Sequence record: NZ_CP106961.1
From: a plasmid
Direction: 5' to 3' (one strand)
Length of the DNA: 64,000 bases
The notes under the pieces were generated by a model. It was not told where the DNA came from and did not search any database. It saw nothing but the letters and a program-made list of their open reading frames with translations. Made by a program: the position numbers and the translations under genes. Shown here piece by piece: positions 21,586 to 30,624 of this stretch. The number at the start of each line of letters is the position of its first letter. The first letter of the stretch is position 1.

Positions 21586-22470
21586 ATGGCAAAACGGGAA
21601 AACTATAATGAGCTCTACTTGTTTATGCAGGTGGTGCGGGAGGGCAGTTTCACTGCAGCGGCACATCGTCTTGGACTTGCACAATCAGGCGTTAGTCGTT
21701 CTGTCCGTGAACTTGAAGAAAGGCTGGGTATACAGCTTCTGGTTCGCACTACGCGCAGGCTGTCGTTAACACAGGCAGGTGAGCAACTGTATCAGACAAC
21801 AGAATCCGGATTTGATGCTTTAGATACGGGTTTTGCCACGCTGGCGTATTACCGGAATACCCCGTCCGGTACGGTACGCATCAATGCCAGCCAGCATGCT
21901 ATTGATAAAGTTCTTTTACCGAAGCTGGCGCTATTTAAGCACCGTTACCCCGATATCAGGCTTGAACTCATCAGTGAAAGCCGGTTCGTCGATATTATCG
22001 CTGAGCGGTTTGATGCCGGCGTGCGGCTGGGGCCGGAGGTAGGACAGGGCATGGTCGCGGTGCGTATTACACCTGACATGGAGATGGTTGTTGTAGCTAC
22101 GCCCGAGCATTTTCGTCGCTATGGCTTTCCACAAACACCGGCTGATTTAGTGATTCATCCTTGTATAGCCTACCAGTTTGCCGATGGTAGCCTTTATCAG
22201 TGGGAACTCCTTCAGGACGGTAAAAAAATAACGCACCGACCACAAGGACAGTGGGCCTTTTCTGACAGCTACATGGAAGCAAAAGCAGCCAGACTGGGGC
22301 TGGGGCTGGCTTATGTCCCGGAGGAACTGGTCGCTGATGATTTAGAGCAAGGCAATCTTATCAGGGCGTTGCCACGTTACAGCCAGCGCCTGGAAGGTTC
22401 ATTCCTGTATTATCCTCACCGCAATGTGTCGCCGGCACTGAGAGTCGTCATTGATATACTGAAAATCTGA
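21586..22470 (+). CDS. LysR-family transcriptional regulator, divergent from the hydrolase gene
   Basis: N-terminal HTH (FTAAAHRLGLAQSGVSRSVRELEERLG) and a LysR substrate-binding domain. Confidence 0.85.
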   Translation: MAKRENYNELYLFMQVVREGSFTAAAHRLGLAQSGVSRSVRELEERLGIQLLVRTTRRLSLTQAGEQLYQTTESGFDALDTGFATLAYYRNTPSGTVRINASQHAIDKVLLPKLALFKHRYPDIRLELISESRFVDIIAERFDAGVRLGPEVGQGMVAVRITPDMEMVVVATPEHFRRYGFPQTPADLVIHPCIAYQFADGSLYQWELLQDGKKITHRPQGQWAFSDSYMEAKAARLGLGLAYVPEELVADDLEQGNLIRALPRYSQRLEGSFLYYPHRNVSPALRVVIDILKI

Positions 22471-22521
22471 AGTTTAGCTATTTATATTCTTCGTTGTTCC
22501 GCTCTTTGTTATCGGAATAAC

Positions 22522-22545
22522 GTCCGCTTATGGCACTAAGCGGAC
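22522..22545. repeat. Conserved hairpin motif, copy D (gtccgcttatggcactaagcggac). It has a perfect 8-bp stem.
   Basis: It lies between the LysR stop and the vapC remnant. Confidence 0.75.
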
Positions 22546-22573
22546 ATTCTTACCTTCTGCATTCTTAATGTCG

Positions 22574-22870
22574 TCAGTTCACCCAGTCTTCCAGCACCAG
22601 GCCCGGCACCCGCTCAAACTCTCTCACATTATTCGTCACCAGAACCGCACCGGCGGCAATGGCGTGCCCGGCGATAGCCGTGTCGTTCGGGCTGATTGGC
22701 GTCCCGGCGAGGCGCAGCGCGACCTTTATATCCGTGGTCGCATCAACCGCGCCGAGGCCTTAGGACCGGTGGCACCGAAGCGCATTTCGGAGTATGTAAT
22801 TGCCGAGACATCGATGCGCTGGTAGCGCAGCACTGCATGCTCCAGGCGCACGGCGGAAGGCCTTAACGCA
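22574..22870 (-). pseudogene. vapC: vapC 3-prime remnant. It is about 85% identical to the vapC 3-prime end at 14657-14830, with an internal deletion.
   Basis: DNA alignment by eye: tcagttcacccagtcttccagcaccaggcccggcac... matches the end of the intact vapC. Confidence 0.7.
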
Positions 22871-22887
22871 GGACCGGGTGTCCGCTC

Positions 22888-23508
22888 TCATTTCGTCATC
22901 TTCCCACCTTTCGGCTCCGCCCGGGCCAGGATCAGCAACTCGGCCTGCAGGGCGCGGTTTTCTTCCCGGGCGTCCTTCAGCTCCCCCTTCGTTTCCTTCA
23001 GCTGTGCTGCCAGATGTTCGCCGGTTGCCGTCAGGCGGGCCACCTGCTCTCGCAGCGGCAGCGCCTCATCCCGCAGCTCCCGGACGTCCTGCAGCAGGCG
23101 GTCCCGCTCGGCCACCACCTCGCGCAGCACCGCCAGCTCGCTCTCCAGGGCGGTCACTTTCGCCAGGGCCTCATCCCGCTCCCGGTCGGCCTGCGCAATA
23201 TCCGCGTCAGCCTGCTCGCGCGCCGCCAGGGTGACAGCGTCCGCCTGTTTCACAGCCGCCTGCCACAGCAGCCCCAGCTGGCCGGTCAGGAGCTGCGCCA
23301 GCTCCGGCGGCAGCGCCGGGGCCTGCTCGGCGCGCTGCTCCCGTTGCCGGGCGCGGAACGCGCGCATCACCGGGGAGATATGCGACAGGGAGCCGCCGCC
23401 GAGGTGGGCGCGGACCTGATCGTTGGTCGGGTTCGGGGTGCCGACGGCGATGAGGGCGGTGGCGGCGTCCTCGATACGGCGGACGGTTTCGGGTGGCAGT
23501 GTGCTCAT
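22888..23508 (-). CDS. KfrA-like protein (N-terminal DNA-binding domain plus coiled-coil), very GC-rich
   Basis: The N-terminus MSTLPPETVRRIEDAATALIAVGTPNPTNDQVRAHLGGGS resembles KfrA_N. The rest is an Ala/Glu/Arg-rich coiled-coil. Confidence 0.5.
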   Translation of the reverse strand: MSTLPPETVRRIEDAATALIAVGTPNPTNDQVRAHLGGGSLSHISPVMRAFRARQREQRAEQAPALPPELAQLLTGQLGLLWQAAVKQADAVTLAAREQADADIAQADRERDEALAKVTALESELAVLREVVAERDRLLQDVRELRDEALPLREQVARLTATGEHLAAQLKETKGELKDAREENRALQAELLILARAEPKGGKMTK

Positions 23509-23897
23509 GGTGGGCTCCGGGGAAAGTAAAGGGTCAGTGAGAGGATTTTACACGACGGGGAAAAATACACGATACAGGAAATACATATTGTACATAAAAT
23601 ACATTCATTACATACAATAAAATTAATACTTACATTTCTACAGTACGTACATTTCGTACTCGTTTACGCCGTCAGATCCGAAAAAAGGCAGAGCCGGATC
23701 CTTGTCCTCAGCGGGGCAGGTATAATGGATTTATAGTTTGTTACAGGTGGGTTCAAAATTCCGAGGCGGGTTAACAGGTCGCTGTAAGGAGTGGGTTCAA
23801 TGTGGAAAGCTGGCCCTGTAAAAACTGTTCTGCCGGGGCATCCCTGCCGGTCACGAAGGGCGCAGAAAGCGCCCCCCACGGTTTATCATACACGGAC

Positions 23898-25163
23898 TCA
23901 GATACCCACACCTCCCGTGCCAAAGGCCTCGCTGTGAATGCGCTCTTTTGCAATGCCCAGCGCCAGCAGGGAACGGTACTGTTCGTGCATAAACGGCACT
24001 GGCCCGCACAGATAAAAATCGGCGTCTGGCGGCAGATATTCCGCCGGTACCGCGCTGAGATCGAGCCGGCCCTGCACATGATAATCTTCCCCGAGCACCT
24101 CAGTTTCCTTCGCCTGCTCATAGGCGATAAAAATATGCAGATTACTGTTCTGCTTAGAGAGAGCCGCCAGTTCCTGGCGCAGGGCATGAACATCGGAACT
24201 GCGGGCCGCATGAAGGAAAAATATCTGCTTCCTGTCCTGAATCTGTGGCGCGTGGTCCGCTTTCAGGGAGGTATTCGGATCAGCTATTTCTGCCAGCAGA
24301 TGGTGTGTCATGGACATCATGGGTGTCAGGCCGACGCCGGCACTGATAAGCACATTGTCCACTTCGGGATTTAATAAAAAGAAGTTGCCCGCCGGCGCGC
24401 TCAGTTCCACCGTGTCGCCTTCACTGACGGCATTGTGGAGGGTTGATGAGACATAACCCGGATCCTGTCCTTCCGCACGCGGATCTTCGCGTTTCACGGA
24501 GATACGCAAGTAACCGGCCCCGGGCTTGCCGGATAAGCTGTACTGTCGCGGCTGTTTCAGGCCCAGTTCAGTAACAAAGACGCGCAGCGTCACATACTGT
24601 CCCGGCCGGTAATCCGGCAGGGCCTGTCCGTCTGCGGGCGTCAGATAAAAAGAGGAGATCTCCTCGCTTTCTTTTACTTTTTTGCTAACATTAAAATCGC
24701 GCCAGCCAAGCCAGCTGCCGGGTGTGGTTCGGCGCTCATCATAAAGCCTTTTCTCGGCTCCGATAAATATGTCGGCCAGCTCCTGATACGCGGCACCCCA
24801 GGCCCCGATGAGTGGATTATCCATCGGGACGGAAAGCACTTCGCTGATGGAATGCAGTAAATTCTCACCGACAATACTGTAGTCCGGGGCCTTAATATTC
24901 AGGCTCACATGTTTATGGCAGATCAGCTCAATGACCGGCGCCAGAACCCCGGGCTCGTCAATATTCTCTGCATAGGCCAGCACCGCACCTGCCAGCGCTT
25001 TCGCCTGCGCGCCGCTGCGCTGATGACCCATATTAAAGACTTCCTGCAAATCAGGATTATTCCGTAACATCCTTTTATAGAAGTAATCCGTTAACGCAAC
25101 GCCATTTTCCTTCAGTACCGGAACGGTATCTTTAACCAGTTGTTTCTGCTCTTGAGTTAGCAT
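23898..25163 (-). CDS. hmp: Flavohemoglobin / nitric oxide dioxygenase
   Basis: MLTQEQKQLVKDTVPVLKENGVALTDYFYKRMLRNNPDLQEVFNM globin domain plus an FAD/NAD reductase domain. A GGAGG ribosome-binding site lies upstream. Confidence 0.9.
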   Translation of the reverse strand: MLTQEQKQLVKDTVPVLKENGVALTDYFYKRMLRNNPDLQEVFNMGHQRSGAQAKALAGAVLAYAENIDEPGVLAPVIELICHKHVSLNIKAPDYSIVGENLLHSISEVLSVPMDNPLIGAWGAAYQELADIFIGAEKRLYDERRTTPGSWLGWRDFNVSKKVKESEEISSFYLTPADGQALPDYRPGQYVTLRVFVTELGLKQPRQYSLSGKPGAGYLRISVKREDPRAEGQDPGYVSSTLHNAVSEGDTVELSAPAGNFFLLNPEVDNVLISAGVGLTPMMSMTHHLLAEIADPNTSLKADHAPQIQDRKQIFFLHAARSSDVHALRQELAALSKQNSNLHIFIAYEQAKETEVLGEDYHVQGRLDLSAVPAEYLPPDADFYLCGPVPFMHEQYRSLLALGIAKERIHSEAFGTGGVGI

Positions 25164-25379
25164 GCGATCCTCCGTGGGGTTTAATTCAGTAACAGTCATG
25201 GTCCTGATAAGCATAAACCATGCTGGGAAGTGTGACCCGGCGTAAAAATCCGGTACAGCCGCTGTAATCTTTCTGCCAGAAAATGGAACCGGACGCATAT
25301 TTTTATACAGGGCTGATGGTGAAGATATGCGGTCCGACCGCTATGAATAAAATATGGTATAGAGTGATTTCATGTTGTC

Positions 25380-25655
25380 ATGCACAGGGAAATGAAGATG
25401 AGGGCATTACTGGCGGAGCTGGTTGATATTATTGCGGAGCAGCATAAGTCTGAAAAGGAAGTGATTATTCAGACTGAAGCACTGAATCTGGTTGTAGCTG
25501 CCATTCTCATGCGACTGGATGACAGCGTTCGTATGCAACTGAAAAGTGAGATTGATGAGGCTTTCGCTTCACAGCATGGAGGTCACCCCTCATTTATGGA
25601 TGAAACGCACATACTCCAGCGTGCTGTGGAAGAACTGTTTAATTTTCATAGGTGA
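25380..25655 (+). pseudogene. Hypothetical gene divergent from hmp, truncated by the second IS3-family copy. Its stop codon is the first TGA of the IS.
   Basis: The ORF ends exactly at the IS left terminus (ggTGAatcgcc). Confidence 0.45.
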
Positions 25656-26881
25656 ATCGCCACGGGTTTAACAGACACCTCAGAGTCATTTAAGATGGCT
25701 TAAAGAGAGGTGCCCATGAGCGGTAAGCGTTATCCCGAAGAGTTTAAAACTGAAGCAGTCAAACAGGTTGTTGATCGCGGTTATTCTGTTGCCAGCGTTG
25801 CAACACGTCTCGATATCACCACCCACAGCCTTTACGCCTGAATAAAGAAGTACGGTCCGGATCCTTCCATTAATAAAGAACAGTCAGATGCTCAGGCCGA
25901 GATCCGCCGTCTCCAGAAAGAGCTGAAGCGGGTTACCGACGAACGGGACATATTAAAAAAAGCCGCGGCGTACTTCGCAAAGCTGTCCGACTGAGGTACG
26001 CCTTTATCCGTGACAACTCCTGTTGCTGGCCTGTTCGCCTGCTCTGTCGGGTGCTGGATGTTCATCCCAGTGGTTTTTACGCCTGGCTTCAGCAGCCGCA
26101 TTCACAACGCCATCAGGCAGACCTGAGACTGACAGGACAGATTAAACAGTTCTGGCTGGAATCGGGATGCGTCTATGGTTATCGCAAAATCCATCTGGAT
26201 CTGCGTGACAGCGGGCAACAGTGCGGAGTGAACAGAGTCTGGCGACTGATGAAACGTGTCGGGATAAAGGCTCAGGTCGGATACCGGAGCCCGCGGGCAC
26301 GTAAAGGCGAGGCCAGTATCGTGTCGCCCAACAGGCTCCAGCGACAGTTCAATCCGGATGCTCCGGATAAGCGTTGGGTAACGGACATCACCTACATCAG
26401 GACCCGCGAAGGCTGGCTGTATCTTGCCGTGGTTGTTGATCTGTTCTCACGCAAAATTATCGGCTGGTCCATGCAATCCCGGATGACAAAGGACATTGTC
26501 CTGAACGCACTGCTGATGGCTGTATGGCGCCGTAATCCCCAAAAACAGGTGCTGGTTCATTCGGATCAGGGCAGTCAGTACACAAGCCATGAGTGGCAGT
26601 CGTTCCTGAAATCACACGGCCTGGAGGGCAGCATGAGCCGTCGCGGTAACTGCCATGATAATGCGGTTGCAGAAAGCTTTTTCCAGTTGTTGAAACGCGA
26701 ACGGATAAAGAAAAAGAGCTACGGAACGCGGGAAGAAGCCCGCAGTGATATTTTTGATTACATCGAAATGTTTTATAACAGTAAGCGTCGGCATGGTTCC
26801 AGCGATCAGATGTCACCGACAGAATATGAAAACCAGTATTATCAACGGCTCGGAAGTGTCTAGATTATCCGTGGCGATTCA
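25653..26881 (+). mobile_element. IS3-family insertion sequence, copy 2 (1229 bp). It has no target-site duplication (AGG vs GAT). orfA carries a TGG-to-TGA nonsense change at codon 42.
   Basis: Same ends as copy 1 and about 99% identical. The flanking triplets differ. In orfA, tacgccTGAataaag replaces tatgccTGGataaag. Confidence 0.85.
26051..26863 (+). CDS. IS3-family transposase OrfB (copy 2)
   Basis: 270 aa, near-identical to copy 1. Confidence 0.8.
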   Translation: MLDVHPSGFYAWLQQPHSQRHQADLRLTGQIKQFWLESGCVYGYRKIHLDLRDSGQQCGVNRVWRLMKRVGIKAQVGYRSPRARKGEASIVSPNRLQRQFNPDAPDKRWVTDITYIRTREGWLYLAVVVDLFSRKIIGWSMQSRMTKDIVLNALLMAVWRRNPQKQVLVHSDQGSQYTSHEWQSFLKSHGLEGSMSRRGNCHDNAVAESFFQLLKRERIKKKSYGTREEARSDIFDYIEMFYNSKRRHGSSDQMSPTEYENQYYQRLGSV

Positions 26882-26941
26882 GATAGTAGTATGTACAAAA
26901 GGGCGAGAAAAGGCAGGGAGATTAATTCCCTGCCTTTTTTA

Positions 26942-27346
26942 TTATTTAATTAAGAAGTCATCAATATTGCCGCCGTTGGCAGCGTGTTCAGCCAGAACTT
27001 TTGGTGTACGGCCCTGGCCAGTCCATGTTTTAGTTTCACCGTTTTCATCGGTGTACTGGTATTTGGCCGGACGTGCTGCACGCTCTTTTTTAGGTTTTGT
27101 CTGGCCGGTGGAGTATTCAAGCAACTCTGACGGGTCAATACCATCATCCAGCATCAACTGGCGCAACTTATTCAGCTTCTCTGTACGTTCCGAAATCTCG
27201 TTACGTTTTGCTTCTTCTTCATCACGACGTTCCGAAACGATGACATTAAACTTCTCCAGAATGTCTTCCAGAGTTTCGAGAGGCAACTCACGCGCCTGAG
27301 CTCGCAGTGAACGGATGTTATTTAGTGTTTTCAGTTCTTCAGACAT
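26942..27346 (-). CDS. hns: H-NS family nucleoid-associated protein (plasmid-borne H-NS/StpA homologue)
   Basis: [20 protein letters not shown]...[20 protein letters not shown] is closely similar to E. coli H-NS. Confidence 0.9.
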   Translation of the reverse strand: MSEELKTLNNIRSLRAQARELPLETLEDILEKFNVIVSERRDEEEAKRNEISERTEKLNKLRQLMLDDGIDPSELLEYSTGQTKPKKERAARPAKYQYTDENGETKTWTGQGRTPKVLAEHAANGGNIDDFLIK

Positions 27347-27942
27347 TTTAGCTCCAGAGAGTAGTAATCATAATCTCAGTTGATTATGAAACATTAAAAA
27401 ATAAAATCAACAGAAAGCCGACTGAATTAATGAACAATGTCGAACGGCTTCACTTCTTTATGTTACTTAAAATGAATGAACTGCGCTTGAAGAGCTTCTG
27501 AGATATTGAGGCTTGTTATACGAGTAGTAACAGTCGCATGTAATCCATACCTGATAGATGGAAACGATACTTAAAGATGAAAGACAGGCAGGAATTTACC
27601 CGGCATATTTATGATAAGGAAAAGTTGGAAATTCAAAATTAGTTACAAAATCCTTAGGGCAACTCATACAACACGCCTGGTTTAAAAAGCATCAACCCTG
27701 ACTACTTGAGAGTGTTTTGATAAGCGTGGGTCAGGGGTAAGGTTAACCCTTATATGAAGATAAACTGAGTTCAGCTTTAATGTAAGGTATTCGCTGATGG
27801 TGGCTATGGCGAGCATAATGCTGAGACAGGGCAATTTTGATCGTAGATAAATAAACGCACCCGGTTAAAGTTTTACTTACCATTGCAGTAGTAGTGGTTT
27901 ACCGGGTGCGCATATTTTATGCTCTCTGTCGGTTACTTTGTG

Positions 27943-28431
27943 TTAAGCGGATTCATTTTTGCGAATCTTCTCATTTTCACGGCTTTCCTTTAAAAGCTCG
28001 TCAATCACACGTTCCGTTATTTTTTCCACGGCCTCGCTTCTTGAGAGACCTTCCATATCCGCAAGCCTGTCTATCTTCCGCAGTATTTTCATACGCAGCG
28101 ATAAAGAGACCGCTGTTTTTTTATCTTTATCCAGAATGACGCGGCCACCTGACTCTGTGCTTTTCAGTTCGGCATTCTTTGCCAGATCATCACTCATCCG
28201 TCGCAGCGTTTTTTTATCAAGGTTACCCGGCGTGATCATCTGGTAAGAGTGACTGGCCTTGCTGTACTTTATTTCTGCTGAATAGTCTTCCCTGAGTGCT
28301 TTAAGGGCCCGTGTCAGGGTTGGCTCTGAACATTCCAGGCTGGTGATGATATCGGCGGCAGGAACCGGTTTCCCGGTGCCCAGTAAATTAGCCAGAGTGA
28401 AAATGCGGACCTGTCGCGTATTGAGTTGCAT
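27943..28431 (-). CDS. terW: Putative winged-HTH DNA-binding protein. It is TerW-like and the last gene of the ter-associated operon.
   Basis: 162 aa. The N-terminus has an HTH-like region (EPTLTRALKALRED) and the C-terminus is a charged helical region. Its position matches terW in known ter islands. Confidence 0.45.
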   Translation of the reverse strand: MQLNTRQVRIFTLANLLGTGKPVPAADIITSLECSEPTLTRALKALREDYSAEIKYSKASHSYQMITPGNLDKKTLRRMSDDLAKNAELKSTESGGRVILDKDKKTAVSLSLRMKILRKIDRLADMEGLSRSEAVEKITERVIDELLKESRENEKIRKNESA

Positions 28432-28433
28432 CG

Positions 28434-29657
28434 TTAGTTAAAGCCTGCGTCAAAAAAAAGTGGTTCAATTGCCTGAAAGATAAATGTCGTGCTCATCTTT
28501 CTGATAACCGGATAGTCTCCCAGCGCTTCCACCGGATCCACATGCTCTATCCCGGCAAAATTAATCGATGCCATCTGTGCTCTGCTGAATTTGCATGACA
28601 GGATGTATTCGTCTTCAAGATACCCGGTCCGTTTACTGATGCGCTGGGTAAAACCTGAGACCACCACGTAGTCAAAGGGTAGTGTATGCAGGGCAATACC
28701 GGCCAGGCGCAACAGGCACCCATGAACATGGCGTGCGTAATTTTCTCGCTGTACTTTTTGCGTCATGGCCTTTTCGGTGATTTCTGTACCGCGGGCATTC
28801 ACACCGTAAGATTTATCAGGCATGTCTTCTATCTCAGGCAGATCGACATCGAGCCAGACCGTGGACTGTTCAGGTTTGACTTCGAACGTCACCAGAGTTT
28901 CCCGCGGCCACTCAGTTTGCGCCAGAACCTCACCCAGTCGGGACTCAAAGAAGGCGCTGTCCATCGCAAACTGGTCGCGGGCTTCAGCCTGCGATGCGAT
29001 CAGCCTGCTTTCATGCTCCTTAGCCTCGAATTGCCAGTTGGCATACTGTTCAGCCCAGGCGGTGCGCTGCTGCTGATAGCGATGCTGGCGGAGCGTATTT
29101 TCTCGTTCCGTATCAGCCAGCGTCTGCTGCCACTGATTCCTGAGCTCCTCAAGTCGCTCTGCACGTGCCGCATCGGATTCAAACCATTTGCCAAAAAATC
29201 CTGCACCTGTGCTCTCATCCGGTTGCTCCGGTAAGGGCATTAACTCGGGTTTCGCCGGACGTACCGGCGCCGGTACCAGCCAGGGTTTCTGTCGACTGGC
29301 CAGATACTCTGTTTCCAGTTCGGACCAGCTGATGCCCCGGCGGGGATCCGGAGTCAGCTCATGGATATTGGCAATACTGCTCACAACAGACATCAGTGCG
29401 TCCACTTCCTGTTCGAGCTCCAGCCGCAGAGAAGGATCGGGTTGTGCGCTGCGGGCAGTACGTGAGCGGGCTGAGTTATCCAGTCTGGTGCGATAACTCA
29501 GCCCGGTACCCGGCAAACCCAGGTTGGCATAAGTGCCCCGGCTACCAATGGATACGGACGCCCCCCGCGGTCCTACGCTGAGACTCGGTGCGCCGTTACT
29601 TAAGTTCAGCCGTACGCCGGGAATGATGTTGATCGTTTTACGAAATCGAAATCCCAT
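28434..29657 (-). CDS. DUF4236-like protein (407 aa) of the ter-associated operon, function unknown
   Basis: The N-terminal sequence MGFRFRKTINIIPGVRLNLSNGAPSLSVGPRG is a conserved motif of this family. The central region is Gln/Glu-rich. Confidence 0.5.
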   Translation of the reverse strand: MGFRFRKTINIIPGVRLNLSNGAPSLSVGPRGASVSIGSRGTYANLGLPGTGLSYRTRLDNSARSRTARSAQPDPSLRLELEQEVDALMSVVSSIANIHELTPDPRRGISWSELETEYLASRQKPWLVPAPVRPAKPELMPLPEQPDESTGAGFFGKWFESDAARAERLEELRNQWQQTLADTERENTLRQHRYQQQRTAWAEQYANWQFEAKEHESRLIASQAEARDQFAMDSAFFESRLGEVLAQTEWPRETLVTFEVKPEQSTVWLDVDLPEIEDMPDKSYGVNARGTEITEKAMTQKVQRENYARHVHGCLLRLAGIALHTLPFDYVVVSGFTQRISKRTGYLEDEYILSCKFSRAQMASINFAGIEHVDPVEALGDYPVIRKMSTTFIFQAIEPLFFDAGFN

Positions 29658-29667
29658 TACGACATCC

Positions 29668-30624
29668 TCAGTTTTTCTGTGACAGTGGCATAAGTCTGAT
29701 AGCCTCTGCGCTTTGTTCCGGGATCATGCCATATATCCGTGCTCGTTCCAGGATGCTTGCTGCCCAGCGGCGATGCGTTGCCGGTTCGCACATCGCGCCC
29801 TGCGATTTGAATACAGCCTGAGTGGAGTTGAGGATCCGGAGCGCATCCGAATGTTCCCCAGCTGACACCTTCAGTGCGTTTTCGATAACATCAATCTGAG
29901 CGGGGTGGATGGCCGTTTTACCCACCAGCCCATGCGCCATATCAAGCGCCAGCTCACGCGCCATAATGTCATGATCGTCAATGTGCTCACAGACCGGCGC
30001 CGTCAGCGCAAAATCACGCGGACCGAATACTGACACCAGCATTTTAATCACGTAGCCCATAGGTCCGTCGTAAAGGGTCAGATTCCGCGGCCGTCTCAGC
30101 GAGACCACATTCATCAGGTCATTCCCGCCGATACGCAGGGCAATGATCCGCTCAAGGCATGGATGAGAAAGTAGCTTTTCCGCAAGTTCACGCATCCGGA
30201 CGACATCAAACACATCGTCGGTTTCAAGGGTCGGCATAAGACAAAGGTGCGTGTCTGCCATTGCCGCCCACCATTCCGGCAACGAGGCCAGAGTGAATTT
30301 TGGAAGTACAAAACCGTCAACGGCGCTCAGGTCGACATTCTGAACCAGCCATTGCCCCATTTCCGTATGTCGCGGACGAATAAACACCAGCGGCCAGTCC
30401 TGGTTACCGGCGCGTAATTTTTCCTGACTCAGGCGCTGCAGCAGCTGTCTCAGATTTTCCAGCGCCCGCGGGATATCTGTTTCGCTGACCGCGTCCTCCA
30501 GACAAATGACCAGCGAGCGAAGTCCCGGGATCTTGCCGTCCAGGATAGCCCCTTCAATATCGTAACGGGTTGCGGGCATGTACAGCGTGGCGCCAAGATT
30601 CCAGGGCGAGAGGCGATTTTTCAT
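29668..30624 (-). CDS. HpcH/HpaI aldolase / citrate-lyase beta-subunit (CitE)-like TIM-barrel protein
   Basis: CitE-like motifs (VICLEDAVSE, ALRIGGNDL). It belongs to the ter-associated biosynthetic cluster. Confidence 0.6.
   Translation of the reverse strand: MKNRLSPWNLGATLYMPATRYDIEGAILDGKIPGLRSLVICLEDAVSETDIPRALENLRQLLQRLSQEKLRAGNQDWPLVFIRPRHTEMGQWLVQNVDLSAVDGFVLPKFTLASLPEWWAAMADTHLCLMPTLETDDVFDVVRMRELAEKLLSHPCLERIIALRIGGNDLMNVVSLRRPRNLTLYDGPMGYVIKMLVSVFGPRDFALTAPVCEHIDDHDIMARELALDMAHGLVGKTAIHPAQIDVIENALKVSAGEHSDALRILNSTQAVFKSQGAMCEPATHRRWAASILERARIYGMIPEQSAEAIRLMPLSQKN

Noticed and set aside
22800-23529. Multiple long overlapping ORFs on both strands (for example 22800..23234 and 23014..23529)
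   Set aside because: The region is about 70% GC and open frames arise by chance on all strands. Only the minus-strand KfrA-like ORF has a coherent domain and coiled-coil architecture.
25280-25330. Possible NsrR operator upstream of hmp
   Set aside because: Only a weak resemblance (ACGCATATTTTTATAC) to the AAxATGCATTT half-sites was seen. It is not convincing without a matrix scan.
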